A DNA stretch of 61,835 nucleotides, counting the filler, from Kipferlia bialata (lineage: Eukaryota): assembly GCA_003568945.1 (NCBI GenBank). It is 2 parts of 2 records of this genome, joined end to end, with 100 filler letters (N's around TTAATTAATTAA, not from the genome) between each part and the next. Parts side by side here need not be neighbours in the genome. Positions count along the whole stretch, not along the records: positions 1 to 30,889 come from BDIP01000117.1; 1 more part is not named here. One strand, written 5' to 3'. Under the pieces are notes generated by a model, which was given only the letters and a program-made list of their open reading frames with translations, searched no databases and was not told the DNA's origin. Both the position numbers and the translations under genes were made by a program. Of the stretch, positions 11,266-22,421 are shown piece after piece. Each line of letters opens with the position of its first letter. The stretch's first letter is position 1.

Positions 11266-14200
11266 TCAAGCGCTTCCCCATCCTGCAGTGGCCTCTCCAA
11301 AGAGTAGCACCAGCATGGAGGTAGCAGACAGGGCCACTCCAACGAACAGCTGGTATCAGTATCAACAGTATCAGTATAAATACACTATCAGAACTATATG
11401 TATCAGTATCAGTATCAGTACCTGGTCCTCGGTGGTGTCCCTGAGGTGCAGGGCGCCGTCGTCCTGGACGTAGTACCTTGAGGTAAGGGACAGATTGTGT
11501 CTAGTACAGTGAATAGGTTAAATATGGCAAGACAGATGTATGAGGTGCATGCCGCCGTCATGGACGTGGTATCTGCGATGAGGGAAGACATATATGAGAA
11601 ATGTAATGTGTTGGAGAGAATTCTATGCAAGGAATGCAGTGAAGATGTAAATCACTGTGGTTGAGACAGAGAGAGAGAGAGACCACTCACTTCTTGCCAG
11701 GTGTCAGGCCAGAGTGCACTGTGGAGGTACCACCGGTGGTGGTGACTGGAGTAAGCAACGACAATATGACAGTAATTTGATAGTGGAAGTACTTTAGGAT
11801 AGAGAGCAGTATATATACTGTATATGTATGCATAAGATACTCACCATATACCGTATCCCCATCGGCACAGTCTGCAATGGCAATGCCCAGGTATGCATAT
11901 CACATTGTATATATATAACATACTATATATACACTATCATACCATATGCCATGTCCCCATCGGCACAGTCTGCTATGGCTATGCCCAGGTATGTATATCA
12001 CATTGTATATATATAACATACTATATATATAATATACTATATATATACTATCATACCATATGCCATGTCCCCACTTGCACAGTCTGCAATGGCTATGCCC
12101 AGGTATGTATACCATATTGTATATATATAACATACTATATATACACTATCATACCATATGCCATGCCCCCGTCGGCACAGTCTGCAATGGATATGCCCAG
12201 GTATGTATAGAGAGTGTATTACTATACTATACTATTGTATATCACTCATCATACCATAGGCCATGTCCCCATCGGCACAGTCTGCAATGGCAATGCCCAG
12301 GTATATCTGGAGAGTGTATATATAATACACAATATATATACTATCATACCATATGCCATATCTCCGTCGGGACAGTCTGCTATGGCAATGCCCAGGTACG
12401 TGGGGTCAGTGGCGATGGTGGCACCGGTGGAGATGGTTGCACTGCCGTCGTCATTCAGGAAGACCTGGGAATGAGGGAACGACAAGTCTTCTAATCTCTG
12501 ACAGGAAGATATAGAGAGAGACTGTGCTCGATAGAGAGAGAGGGAGGCCGAGAGAGAGAGAGAGTACGCACTGGGAGTCCAGCTGTGATGGCACCAGCGG
12601 CAGTGAGGGAGAATGTGTTTCCGGCGTTGTTCCACTCGAGTGCACTGGTGGCAGTGTTCATAGTCATGATCTAGGGGGTGAGAAGGGTCTTAACATCGAA
12701 AGAAGAGAGAATGAATATTGGTATAGAGAATAATCAGATGTGCTCAGGGTCATGATCCAGGGGTGAGTGGATAGACATATATCACACACATATGTTCGTG
12801 CTTATAATCCAGAAGCTGAAGCTGACTCAAAGTCATGGGCACTTCAATTGTCTGGTATGTACAGGAGTACCCACCTGACCGTTGGCCCCAGCAGCGGTGG
12901 GCAGAGAGTACTCGGTGCTATCCACACCTAACGTCAGCAGACAGAAACACACACACAGAAGATAACATACACTATGTAGCATAATCGCATGCTAAATTGG
13001 ATGGCGAATAATGATTTGCCGTAAAGATAGCATCTATCTATTAAGGTACTCACCCATTGTGAATGCGTCCGTGGTGACCTTGTCGAAGGATGCATCGGCA
13101 CCAGATACATTGCCAGTGGCACTCAGGGTGCCTGGGGTTAGAGTGAATAACAGTACCAAGGATACTTCCTAGAAACACTGGTATATGTTTGGTACTACTA
13201 GATGTGTATAGGTACTGGGACCGTGCCTGTGATTGCGGTGTTGCCTGCATCCAGGGCAGCGAGGGTGGACTTTCCAGTGACGCCGAGGGTGCCTCCGATG
13301 GTGGCGTTGCTGGAGACACTGGGGGTAAGAGAAGGGATGATAGAGAGACAGAGAGAGAGAGGGAGAGTACCTGAGGGTGCTGCTGAGGGTGGCTGCTCCG
13401 GTGACACCAAGAGTGCCGGTAATGGAGGCATTGGAGGACACAGCGAGGGTGCTGGAGAGAGTAGTGGCGCCAGTCACAGTAAGGGTGCCGCCGAGGGTTG
13501 TGGTAGCAGGGCCGGTCACTGTGAGGTTGCCGCCGAGGGTAGAGGTTCCAGTGACAGCAAGGGTGCCGGTTAGAGAAGTGGCCTGGGCACTAGCGACGGT
13601 GAGGCCACCGCTGAGGGTAGTGGCTCCAGTAACACCGAGAGTGGAACCTACAGTAGCAGCGCCAGTGACGCCAAGGGTGCTAGAGAGCGTGGCTGCTCCG
13701 GTGACAGAGAGAGTGCCTCCTAGGGTGGTGGTCTTGGTGGCATCGACGCNNNNNNNNNNNNNNNNNNNNNNNNNNNNNNNNNNNNNNNNNNNNNNNNNNN
13801 NNNNNNNNNNNNNNNNNNNNNNNNNNNNNNNNNNNNNNNNNNNNNNNNNNNNNNNNNNNNNNNNNNNNNNNNNNNNNNNNNNNNNNNNNNNNNNNNNNNN
13901 NNNNNNNNNNNNNNNNNNNNNNNNNNNNNNNNNNNNNNNNNNNNNNNNNNNNNNNNNNNNNNNNNNNNNNNNNNNNNNNNNNNNNNNNNNNNNNNNNNNN
14001 NNNNNNNNNNNNNNNNNNNNNNNNNNNNNNNNNNNNNNNNNNNNNNNNNNNNNNNNNNNNNNNNNNNNNNNNNNNNNNNNNNNNNNNNNNNNNNNNNNNN
14101 NNNNNNNCGTTGTCGGAGAAGGTAGAGGTGCCTGTAACCGCAAGGCTGCCTCCAAGAGTGGTTGCCATGCCAGTAGCAACGCCAAGGGTCCCATTGAGGG

Positions 14201-17078
14201 TGGAGTTGCCAGTGACGGTAAGGGTGCCTCCAAGAGAGGTAGCGGAAGACGTGACGGTGAGGGAGTTGTTGAGAGTGGTGGCGCCAGTCACAGTAAGGGT
14301 GCCACCGAGGCTAGTAGTGGCAGGACCGGTGACGCTAACGTTGCCAGCGAGAGTAGAGGTTCCTGCAACAGAGAGAGTGCCGCCAAGGGAAGTGATCTGG
14401 GATGCGGCAACGGAGAGACCACCGCTGAGGGTTGTGTCTCCGGTAACACCAAGAGTGGAGCCTACAGTAGCAGCGCCAGTCACACCAAGGGTGCTGGAGA
14501 GTGTTGCTGCTCCGGTGACAGAGAGAGTGCCGCCTAGGGTGGTAGTCTTACTGGCATCGACGCTGATGTTGTCCTTGAACACAGAGAGTCCATTGACAGT
14601 CAGAGCCTCAACCTCTGTGTCTCCAGAGACGTCGAGGTCATCGGAGAGAGTGGCAGCCTTGGACACAGACAGAGTGCCGCCGAGGGAGGTGGCCTTGTCA
14701 GCGGCTACGGTCACGGCGCCGTTGAGGGTGGAGGCGTTGTTGACGGTGATGGACGTGAAGGTGTTGCCTAGGGGTGAGAGAGACATGTTGATGACCAATC
14801 AAGTATGTGCATGCTCACCTCCAGTGTAGGTGATGTCGGACCAGGCCACTGTGCCGGACCCATCGGTGGTCAGGGTCTGGAGATGAGAGGGAACTACACG
14901 ACTACAAGTACCTACACTACTATAACAATGCATACAATAATACAAGAGTACGATGGCGTTGGTACCTGGTCAGCTGTGCCGTCAGTAGTGGGCAGGGAGT
15001 ATGCAGTGCCCATGGCCAGAGATGTCACGGTGGTGCCCAGGAGAGAGGTGGTACCAGTCACTGTCAGGGTGCCACCGAGAGAGGTGGCCTTGCCGGTGGC
15101 GACGTTCAGGGCGCCGTTCAGAGTGGTGGTCTTGTCGGTGGCAACGGTGACGTTGTCGTTGAGAGTGGTGGTACCGCTGACAGTCAGGTCTCCTCCTAGG
15201 GTAGTTGCCTTGTCTCCGACCACAGTAAGGGTGCCCCCGAGGGAGGTGGCCTTATCGGTGGCAACGGTGACGGCATCGTTGAGTGTGGTGGTACCGCTGA
15301 CGGTAAGGTTGCCGCCAAGGGTAGTGGCCTTGCCAGAAGCGACGGTCAGGGCACCGTTCAGAGTAGTTGTCTTGTCGGTAGCCACGGTTACGCCGTCGTT
15401 GAGAGTAAGGGTACCGGCGACGGTAAGGTCTCCGCCGAGGGTAGTCGCCTTGTCTCCGACAACAGTAAGGGTGCCGCCGAGGGAGGTGGCCTTGTCGGTG
15501 GCGACGGTGACGGCGTCGTTGAGAGTGGTGGTACCGGCGACGGTGAGGTTACCTCCCAGAGTGGTAGTCTTGCCAGAAGCGACGTCCAGGGTGCCGCCGA
15601 NNNNNNNNNNNNNNNNNNNNNNNNNNNNNNNNNNNNNNNNNNNNNNNNNNNNNNNNGGTGGTAGCCTTGTCGGCGGCGACGGTGACGGCGTCGTTGAGTG
15701 TTGTGGTACCGGCGACGGTGAGGTCTCCGCCAAGGGTAGTTGCCTTGTCTCCGACCACAGTAAGGGTGCCGCCGAGGGAGGTGGCCTTATCGGTGGCGAC
15801 GGTGACGGCGTCGTTGAGAGTGGTGGTACCGGCGACCGTGAGGTCTCCGCCGAGGTCAGTGTCCTGGCCAGCAGAGACAGAAAGCCCAGTGGCAAAGGAT
15901 GTGGCGCCTGTGACAGTGAGGCTGTCTAGGGTGGTCACACCACTGACAGAGAGAGTGCCAGTGACAGAGACATCGCCCCCGACATTGAGGTCGTCAGACA
16001 TGTTGACAGCGGTGGCGTCAATGGCCAGAGCACCACCGTCCTTGCCTGGGGTCAGGAGGGGTACCACTTAGTTCACAAATATACCAATAATTATCAACAA
16101 TTCATATACCGATAACAGACAACTATCTATGTCCGATATTCCCTTATTCCCTACCTGTGATTGTGGTCAGCTCCAGCTCTGTGAATGCATCAATGGCAAC
16201 GGCACCGGTGAACTCGACATCGCCTTAGGTGAGATGCCACCCCAAACAGACATAGTATTTGCACTGAATCACACTGCGAAAGAGACACAAACAGTAACTC
16301 CAACACTAATCTCCAGCGTACCAGTGAAGGTGACGGGCACAGCTATCACCATCTCAGTCTCAGCCTCCTCCTTTGCAGAGTAAGAATCGCTGGTGTTCTC
16401 AACCTGAATATGAGTCAGTCTCAAGGTGACAAAACAAAAATATATCAACCCTTTTGAGAAGTTAGAATAAGGGTGTAGAAATCGTTTGGCAAAAACTCTC
16501 GAGGCAATGATGACATCACATTATTCAGTGTTCACAAATACATATACTCATACCTGTGTGATGGCCAGGGCTGTGACACCGTTGTTAGTGAGGTAGAAGT
16601 CTCCTCCGATGATGGTGTCGCCCCTGGCCTCGGTGTTGATCTTGACAGCGCCTGGGGTGAGAAAGAGATATAGAATACCCACATATCTGTTGCGGCGGCA
16701 GAGAGGGGGATGTTGTGGTGGAAGTTGGGGTGGGGTGGGGGGGGGGGGTCTGATTGGGAGAATACAGTAGATTATATAAATAACTATGAATACAAACCTT
16801 GCTCACTCCCCATGGTCAGTGACGGGATACTGTAGTATGTATAGTGTAGAGCATATATTTACAAGGTATATATATATATATACATACCCTGGCCACTCCC
16901 CATGGCCACGTCTGTGTTGGTCTGGGGCTCAATCAGAAGGGAGCCAATCTGGGTATGAGACGTTGGCAGGGAAATAGAATAGATATAGCCAGCTGAATGC
17001 ATATGGGTTCTAAATTCACACATGCATATAGATATAACTAACCTGGGCATCGGTTCCCATGGCTGCGGATCCACTGCC
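11266..17078 (-). CDS. Multi-exon Thr/Gly-rich repeat protein resembling phage tail/capsid fibre proteins; start exon unresolved (possibly ATG 17343); two internal N-gaps
   Basis: In-phase exon chain GSGSAAMGTDAQ|IGSLLIEP..|AVKINTEARG..|..long repeat exons (16045-14965, 14767-13372)..|IMTMNTATSALEW..TAAGAITAGLP|VFLNDDGS..YLGIAIADC..|TTTGG..SGLTPGKK|YYVQDDGALHL..|LFVGVALSATSMLVLLFGEATAGWGSA*. Confidence 0.8.
11844..12398 (-). repeat. Six tandem copies of an exon 3' half plus donor site (YLGIAIADC.DGDMAY|GT), separated by TA-rich spacers
   Basis: Plus-strand unit ccatatgccatgtccccatcggcacagtctgcaatggcaatgcccaggta at about 11844, 11942, 12056, 12154, 12254 and 12349 (the last is the real exon). 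Confidence 0.9.
13372..15990 (-). repeat. Coding tandem repeats (VATDKATSLGGTLTVVGDKATTLGGDLTVAGTTTLNDAVT and TLGVTGAATLSS types)
   Basis: Visible directly in ORFs 14912-15895, 15549-16067, 13680-14798 and 13169-14233. Confidence 0.9.
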
Positions 17079-17208
17079 TGGGGTGAGGATATAATAGAGA
17101 GAACAGTACACGTTGTATGAAGGCCCATGGAGAAGGGGAAGGACGGAAATGGGGGGGGGGGCACATCGAGGTAGATAGAGAGAGACTATTGTGTCTGGGA
17201 AGGAGGGA

Positions 17209-17252
<44 letters not shown>

Positions 17253-17664
17253 AAGGGGGTTGAGAGAAGATTGTCTCATGCACACTATCCAATGTATGCA
17301 CCTTTGTGATATCCAGTGGTTCACTCTGCACTGGACTCTCCATGACAATCTCTGTCTCTCTCTCTCTCTCGCTCTCTCTTGTGTTTACTCAGTCACGTAC
17401 TCCAATACTCCCACAGGACAGCGCTCGGTAGCAGTTGGACTAGAAGGCTATGTCACCTCAGCAGTCACACTACACAACCTCCTACAGCGCCTCAGGAGGT
17501 GTATAGAGAGGATAGTACCGCTATTCAAAAGTTACTTTTGAAAACTTCACCAGAAATGAAAAACCTCAAAAGGTATCAAAAGGGTGTAGAATCGCCAGGT
17601 AACAATCTCCTACAGTTGGACGTGGTAGTGACATATATGTGGGTATATTGACTTCGTTCTTCTG

Positions 17665-19421
17665 TTAGGAACAAAGCTCCCCCACGAGCAAACCCTGCTC
17701 ACTGTGCACCACAATATTGTGAGGAGTGAGGTGACATGCCCTGGTGTTAAGGGTGTAGAGAGAGATAGGGAGAGAGAGAGAGAGTAAAAGAATGGATGAT
17801 GTGACTGACTTGATTTGAAGAGAGTATGGTTTGGGCTGAGTAAGTCACTATACTTGCCCCATTTCATAGGCACTGGAACTTCAGCCTCTAATACTTATAT
17901 CCTATAGTATCTACTATACTATCTACTATATAGTATCTACTATGTGTATACTACATATACCTGCCCCATTTGATTGGCACTGGAAGCTCAGCCTGCTCCC
18001 TCCATGACTTGGTGAGGGTGTTGTATACATGGACCTCAGTGTCAGCCTACACACTGTGCATACATTACACATAGATATCTACTGTATATACTGAAGGTGT
18101 CGTATATGTGCACCTTGGTCTCATGGTGGTATCCACCCAGCACCACTATGTCTGTACCGATGGACAGAGTGGAGGCAGAGTAGACCTAGTGTATGAGTAT
18201 GTGGAGAGAGACAGAGAGATGGATAGAGTGGAGGCAAAGTATACCTGAAGTTAGGCGAAGAGAGGAGGTTTGAGGGGAGAGAGAGCAATTTTGGTAATAC
18301 GCAAGGGGAGTGTGTATTAATAGTAAGCAAATATTCGCAAATGCTATATTAATATATATATGTATAAATATGATGTACTATGAATACCACTACCTCAAAT
18401 GGTAAGTCAGCCTCTGTCACCCACCCTCCATCCTCTGAGTAGGAGAGGTGCATGGATGGGTTGTCAACTGAGCCAAAGAGGTGGGCAGTGTCACCTATGA
18501 CAACCGAGGTGGAGAAATAGAATGGAAGTGGGGCGTCAGGTACCTGGGTGAATGATTGTTGTCAGAGCTCAACAATACAAAGGGAGAGAGACATGAAACC
18601 TGAATTGTATTCGACACACGTAATGGAAAGTCTATGACAGGGTATGTAAAAGGGGTATGGAGAGGGGAGAGAAGAAGGGAAGGTATACACGGAGTACAAG
18701 AGGGAAGAGGAGGAGGGGGGGGTGGGGGAGAGAGAGAGAGACACACACAGATATATATATATATATGTATATATACGTTGTGGAACCCACTGACAATGAG
18801 AGTTCCCACCTGATTGTCTGGATCATAGCACCAGCAATCCCTCAGTGCACGTGACCCATCGAACCCTCCAGCAATGTACAGTCTACCCCCCAGTGTGAAT
18901 GCAGAGTGGTATCCCCTCCCTCCCGGCCACTGATTCCTCTCTGCCTCTCCCCATCGGTCTCTCGGCCACTGACCCTCAGTCTGCACCTCCCTCCACACAC
19001 CCTCACTGATACAATAGCAGTAGAGGTCACTGAGGTGTGAAGACTCAGTGTCACCTCCAAACAGGTACACACTGTCACCAATACGTGTGGCAGTTGAGTG
19101 ATGGGTGATGGTGGGTATGGGACATGGTATCACACGGTGGGCTAACCCTACTCTCCCACTCTCTCCAATACTCTCTGACACTACTATACTGTGGTCACTC
19201 TCGTTGGTGGCGTTCCTACCCACTATCAGAGTGGAGTACTGCTCTCTTGGTCTGAGAGTGTAATGATCTCTCTCTCCCTCTCTCTCCCCCTCTCCTTGCG
19301 TCATAGTGTGTGAGGGTGACTCCCCATCTTGGGAAAGGGGTCCTATATATGCAAGAGCACTCCGTCCATATGCCGCATGGCCCACATCCCGAAGGGCCCA
19401 CTCAATGCCACTGACTGACAT
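17665..19421 (-). CDS. Kelch-repeat beta-propeller protein (multi-exon)
   Basis: HHSTATRIGDSVYLFGGD..SDLYCY..W and RGYHSAFTLGGRLYIAGGFDGSRALRDCWCYDP are Kelch repeats. Later exons VHVYNTLTKSWREQAELPVPIKWGR|ACHLTPHNIVVHSEQGLLVGELCS*. Confidence 0.85.
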
Positions 19422-20105
19422 AGCTTAAGGAAGAGGAGCAACAAAGTACTTGCACCGAGTGTTTGAAACGAGTCACAACAAAACCCTTATGAGATTTTTG
19501 TCTGCATCAAAGATATGACCAGTATGAGCCACCTTGGCTCTACTCTCTGTGGCACCTACTGTACGCCCTACCACTCGAGCACTCCTGACTGTGTAGCTTG
19601 TAGTACCAGTGTACTCAGGTGACCTATAGTGGGAGTTTCAAGAGTGGCTACTCACTGAGTGAACAAAGTGACTGAGAGAGAGAGAGAGACCAGCAATGGT
19701 CAGTGCTATCACGTCCTTTGGACCACTGAAGGGGCTGCCCAAGCAGATAGTACTCAACCTGGATGCACAGGTATGGTATAGAGGGCGGTAGATGTATTCA
19801 TTGGATATTTATCATGGTAGTATACAATTGTATGTACTCACCTGTTTGTACATTGGATAGGGGGGAGGGGGGGGGGGGGGGGGAAGGGGGGGGGGGGATA
19901 CATACATATGAGTGGCGGGATAGCATGATAAGGACTCCCACACTGGTACGTCAAACGAGCATGCCCCCACACTCACGTAGGGCAGTACACGCGACAAAAT
20001 ACCACCAACAGAACCCCAGACACCTTATATACGCACAGGCACAGTATATGTGCATGGAGATTGATGCTGACCAAACATGACCATCCGATGTACATGTAGA
20101 CGTAC

Positions 20106-20227
20106 CGGTCAGCGAGGGCCTTGAGCAGAGGGGTGGGGGTGCCAGCAACGGAGTGGCCCCAGACCCTGTCCCCGCTCTTGATGCACTGCACAGCCTCAGC
20201 TGGAGACACGAGGTTGGGCATCTTCAT
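20106..20227 (-). CDS. Acetyl-CoA hydrolase/transferase family (ASCT / 4-hydroxybutyrate CoA-transferase-like), first exon only
   Basis: VSPAEAVQCIKSGDRVWGHSVAGTPTPLLKALADR matches the family N-terminus (AEEAV..IKSGDRV....AA.TP..LL.AL..R). Followed by a GTACGT donor at 20105. No homologous continuation before the next gene. Confidence 0.7.
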
Positions 20228-20568
20228 GTCATACTGACGGTCAAGATGTGGAGGGTATTGTGGGAAAGTTAAAAGACGTCAAAACGGCCATAATTCAATG
20301 CTGCTACTGCTCTTCCTCTACCACACGTACGTTGGGGATGTGGAGAGCCGAAAAGGCCTTGGCCAGAGCAGATCCCTTCACAGACTGAGCCAGCATGATC
20401 GATTCTGAGGAAAGGATAGCTCTGAGTTATGTCAGACTCGTACAAACAAAAACTCTCGCTACACCCCTATTGGACATGCGAGTTGCTGATTCGACAGGAC
20501 CTCTCTTATGACTGAACAACTACAGTACTATAGGCCTACCAGAGGCCTTACCACTGGATATCTATTGA

Positions 20569-22293
20569 ATGAATGGCGAGGCTGGGCTCAATGTGAGTCC
20601 AGCTGAGGAGTTCAGCAGACGGGAGGCAGAGGTAAGTGTATGTATACACAACACCCAGTCTCTCCTCCAACTATATACATGTCTCTCTGTGACTTCTTCA
20701 ATAACTGGTGCCCTCCTGGCAACGTCTTGACCCCAGGTTGCTGCTGTGTATCTGAGGCAGGTGGGCCAGATAGCAGAGCGTGTGATTGGCTCCATCACTG
20801 ACGATACCCCCTTTGACAGGAGGACCACGTCCCTGGGGCCATTGGTGGCTATATCAGGTGTGGGGGGGGGGGAGAGGTTATGAGCTGATAGGCGTCCAGT
20901 GTTTCTCTGTACATGCATCTTGTCTACCACACTCCCTCTCTCGTGGGAGTATGTGCTTCTATGTACTCAGCAGTGACATTATGTATATGTACTGTGTACC
21001 CTTTGTCCTCACTGCAGGCTCCATCTCCGGTGTGTTGTTGGGCAAGTGTGTGTTGAAGTTCGATGCAGCAGAGCTCGGCATGGAGTCACTGTCCCCATCA
21101 ACAGCTAGGTACATGATATGTATTGCATGTGCTAATCACATATATATGTATACAACATATTACAGTGTACGGTCTAGAGGTGTCCATGTGCCTACCCAGT
21201 CCAGGTGTTGCCTCTTTACACTCCATACCCCTCTCCCTATGACTAACCCCAGGTCTGACAGGAGTAGGGGACTATACTACATACCATATATATATGCATA
21301 CACCTCTGCCTACCCCTTATAACAGGTCTGACAGGAGTAGGGGAAGGGACAAGGTGGCAGGGGCAGAGGGAGAGACTGTGGACTTCCCCATCCACAGAGT
21401 GCCCCTGGCCCCTGTTGTGTCTGCATGTGCCGCACTGAGGCGTCTGGTGGACAGGCTCAGCCACCCAATGCCACAGACCATACAGGTGGGTATATACATA
21501 TATAGTCATATGGGTATATGTCATGCACTGCCCCCAACCCCCCAGACCCTGATCCCCTTTGCCCTAGCTGCCCTGGCCACTGTGGATATAGCATGTGCCG
21601 CACTGCCTACCAGAGAGCCAGGTATAGTCATTGCGTATATACTCTTCTCTAAGGTGTGTGGTCGTGTATACCCACTCTATTAGGAATCTCTCTCTATACT
21701 GACGCCATGCATCCCCCTGCCCCTCCCCTTCCAGATAGCGCCTCCTCTCCCTGTCTCTGCCTGTCTGGGACCCAATGCACTCAGCATAGACATCAACGGG
21801 GGGGAGCAGGTGAGAGGGGACATGTATACACACATACATGTAGATTGTTTTTTCATATTTCTTGTTATATATACCTACATATACAGAATATATATTGATA
21901 TAGGAATAGCGTAGACATCAATGGGTGGAGCAGGTAAGAGGGGCTATGTATATTCACTACCCTCTCTCAATGTGTTTTACAGACCTATTCAAGGAGTAGT
22001 GTTGTTGCTATTGGAGGTTATCTCCCCTTTCCCTGACAGATTCACCTAAAGTAACAGAAGAATAGTGTATTCCATGGTCCAACTCTAGGTCTCCTTCTTC
22101 AATGTACCGGTTTAGTACATATTATGTGTGTATGTGTATGTGGGTATATACGTAGACCCACTCCAACCTCCAGGTCTGCTTCCTGGATGTCCCTGGTCTT
22201 GTCTCTGCCAGGGAGGATGTATCCACGTGCAGACAGATGCTGCTGTCCATATTGGCCAAGGCCGAAGTATTAGCTGGCGTTCTAGAACACTAA
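20569..22293 (+). CDS. Hypothetical multi-exon protein
   Basis: Exon chain with consensus splice sites: MNGEAGL..EAE|VAAVYLRQ..|GSISGVLLGK..|SDRSRG..|TLIPFALAALA..|..SIDINGGEQ|VCFLDVPG..VLEH*. No family recognised. Confidence 0.55.
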
Positions 22294-22421
22294 TAGAGTG
22301 CCTGAAACAGTTTTCATCGTTGTGTTGGTTTCTTGCACCCTTTCTCTTGTTTGTTTGCTACTCCGAATCTACTACTTTGTGAGTCCTATGCCTTCCTAAG
22401 CTACACTGATAGCCCACCGTG

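Noticed and set aside
11844..12398. CRISPR-like repeat-spacer appearance
   Set aside because: Repeats are coding exon fragments, spacers are mutually similar TA-rich intron sequence, the context is eukaryotic and no cas genes are present.
13377..16071. Long plus-strand Val/Pro/Arg-rich ORFs
   Set aside because: Antisense shadows of the repetitive minus-strand gene.
17150..17260. Poly-Pro/poly-Gly ORFs here and at 4255, 19861, 30990 and 34367
   Set aside because: Intronic homopolymers of unreliable length.
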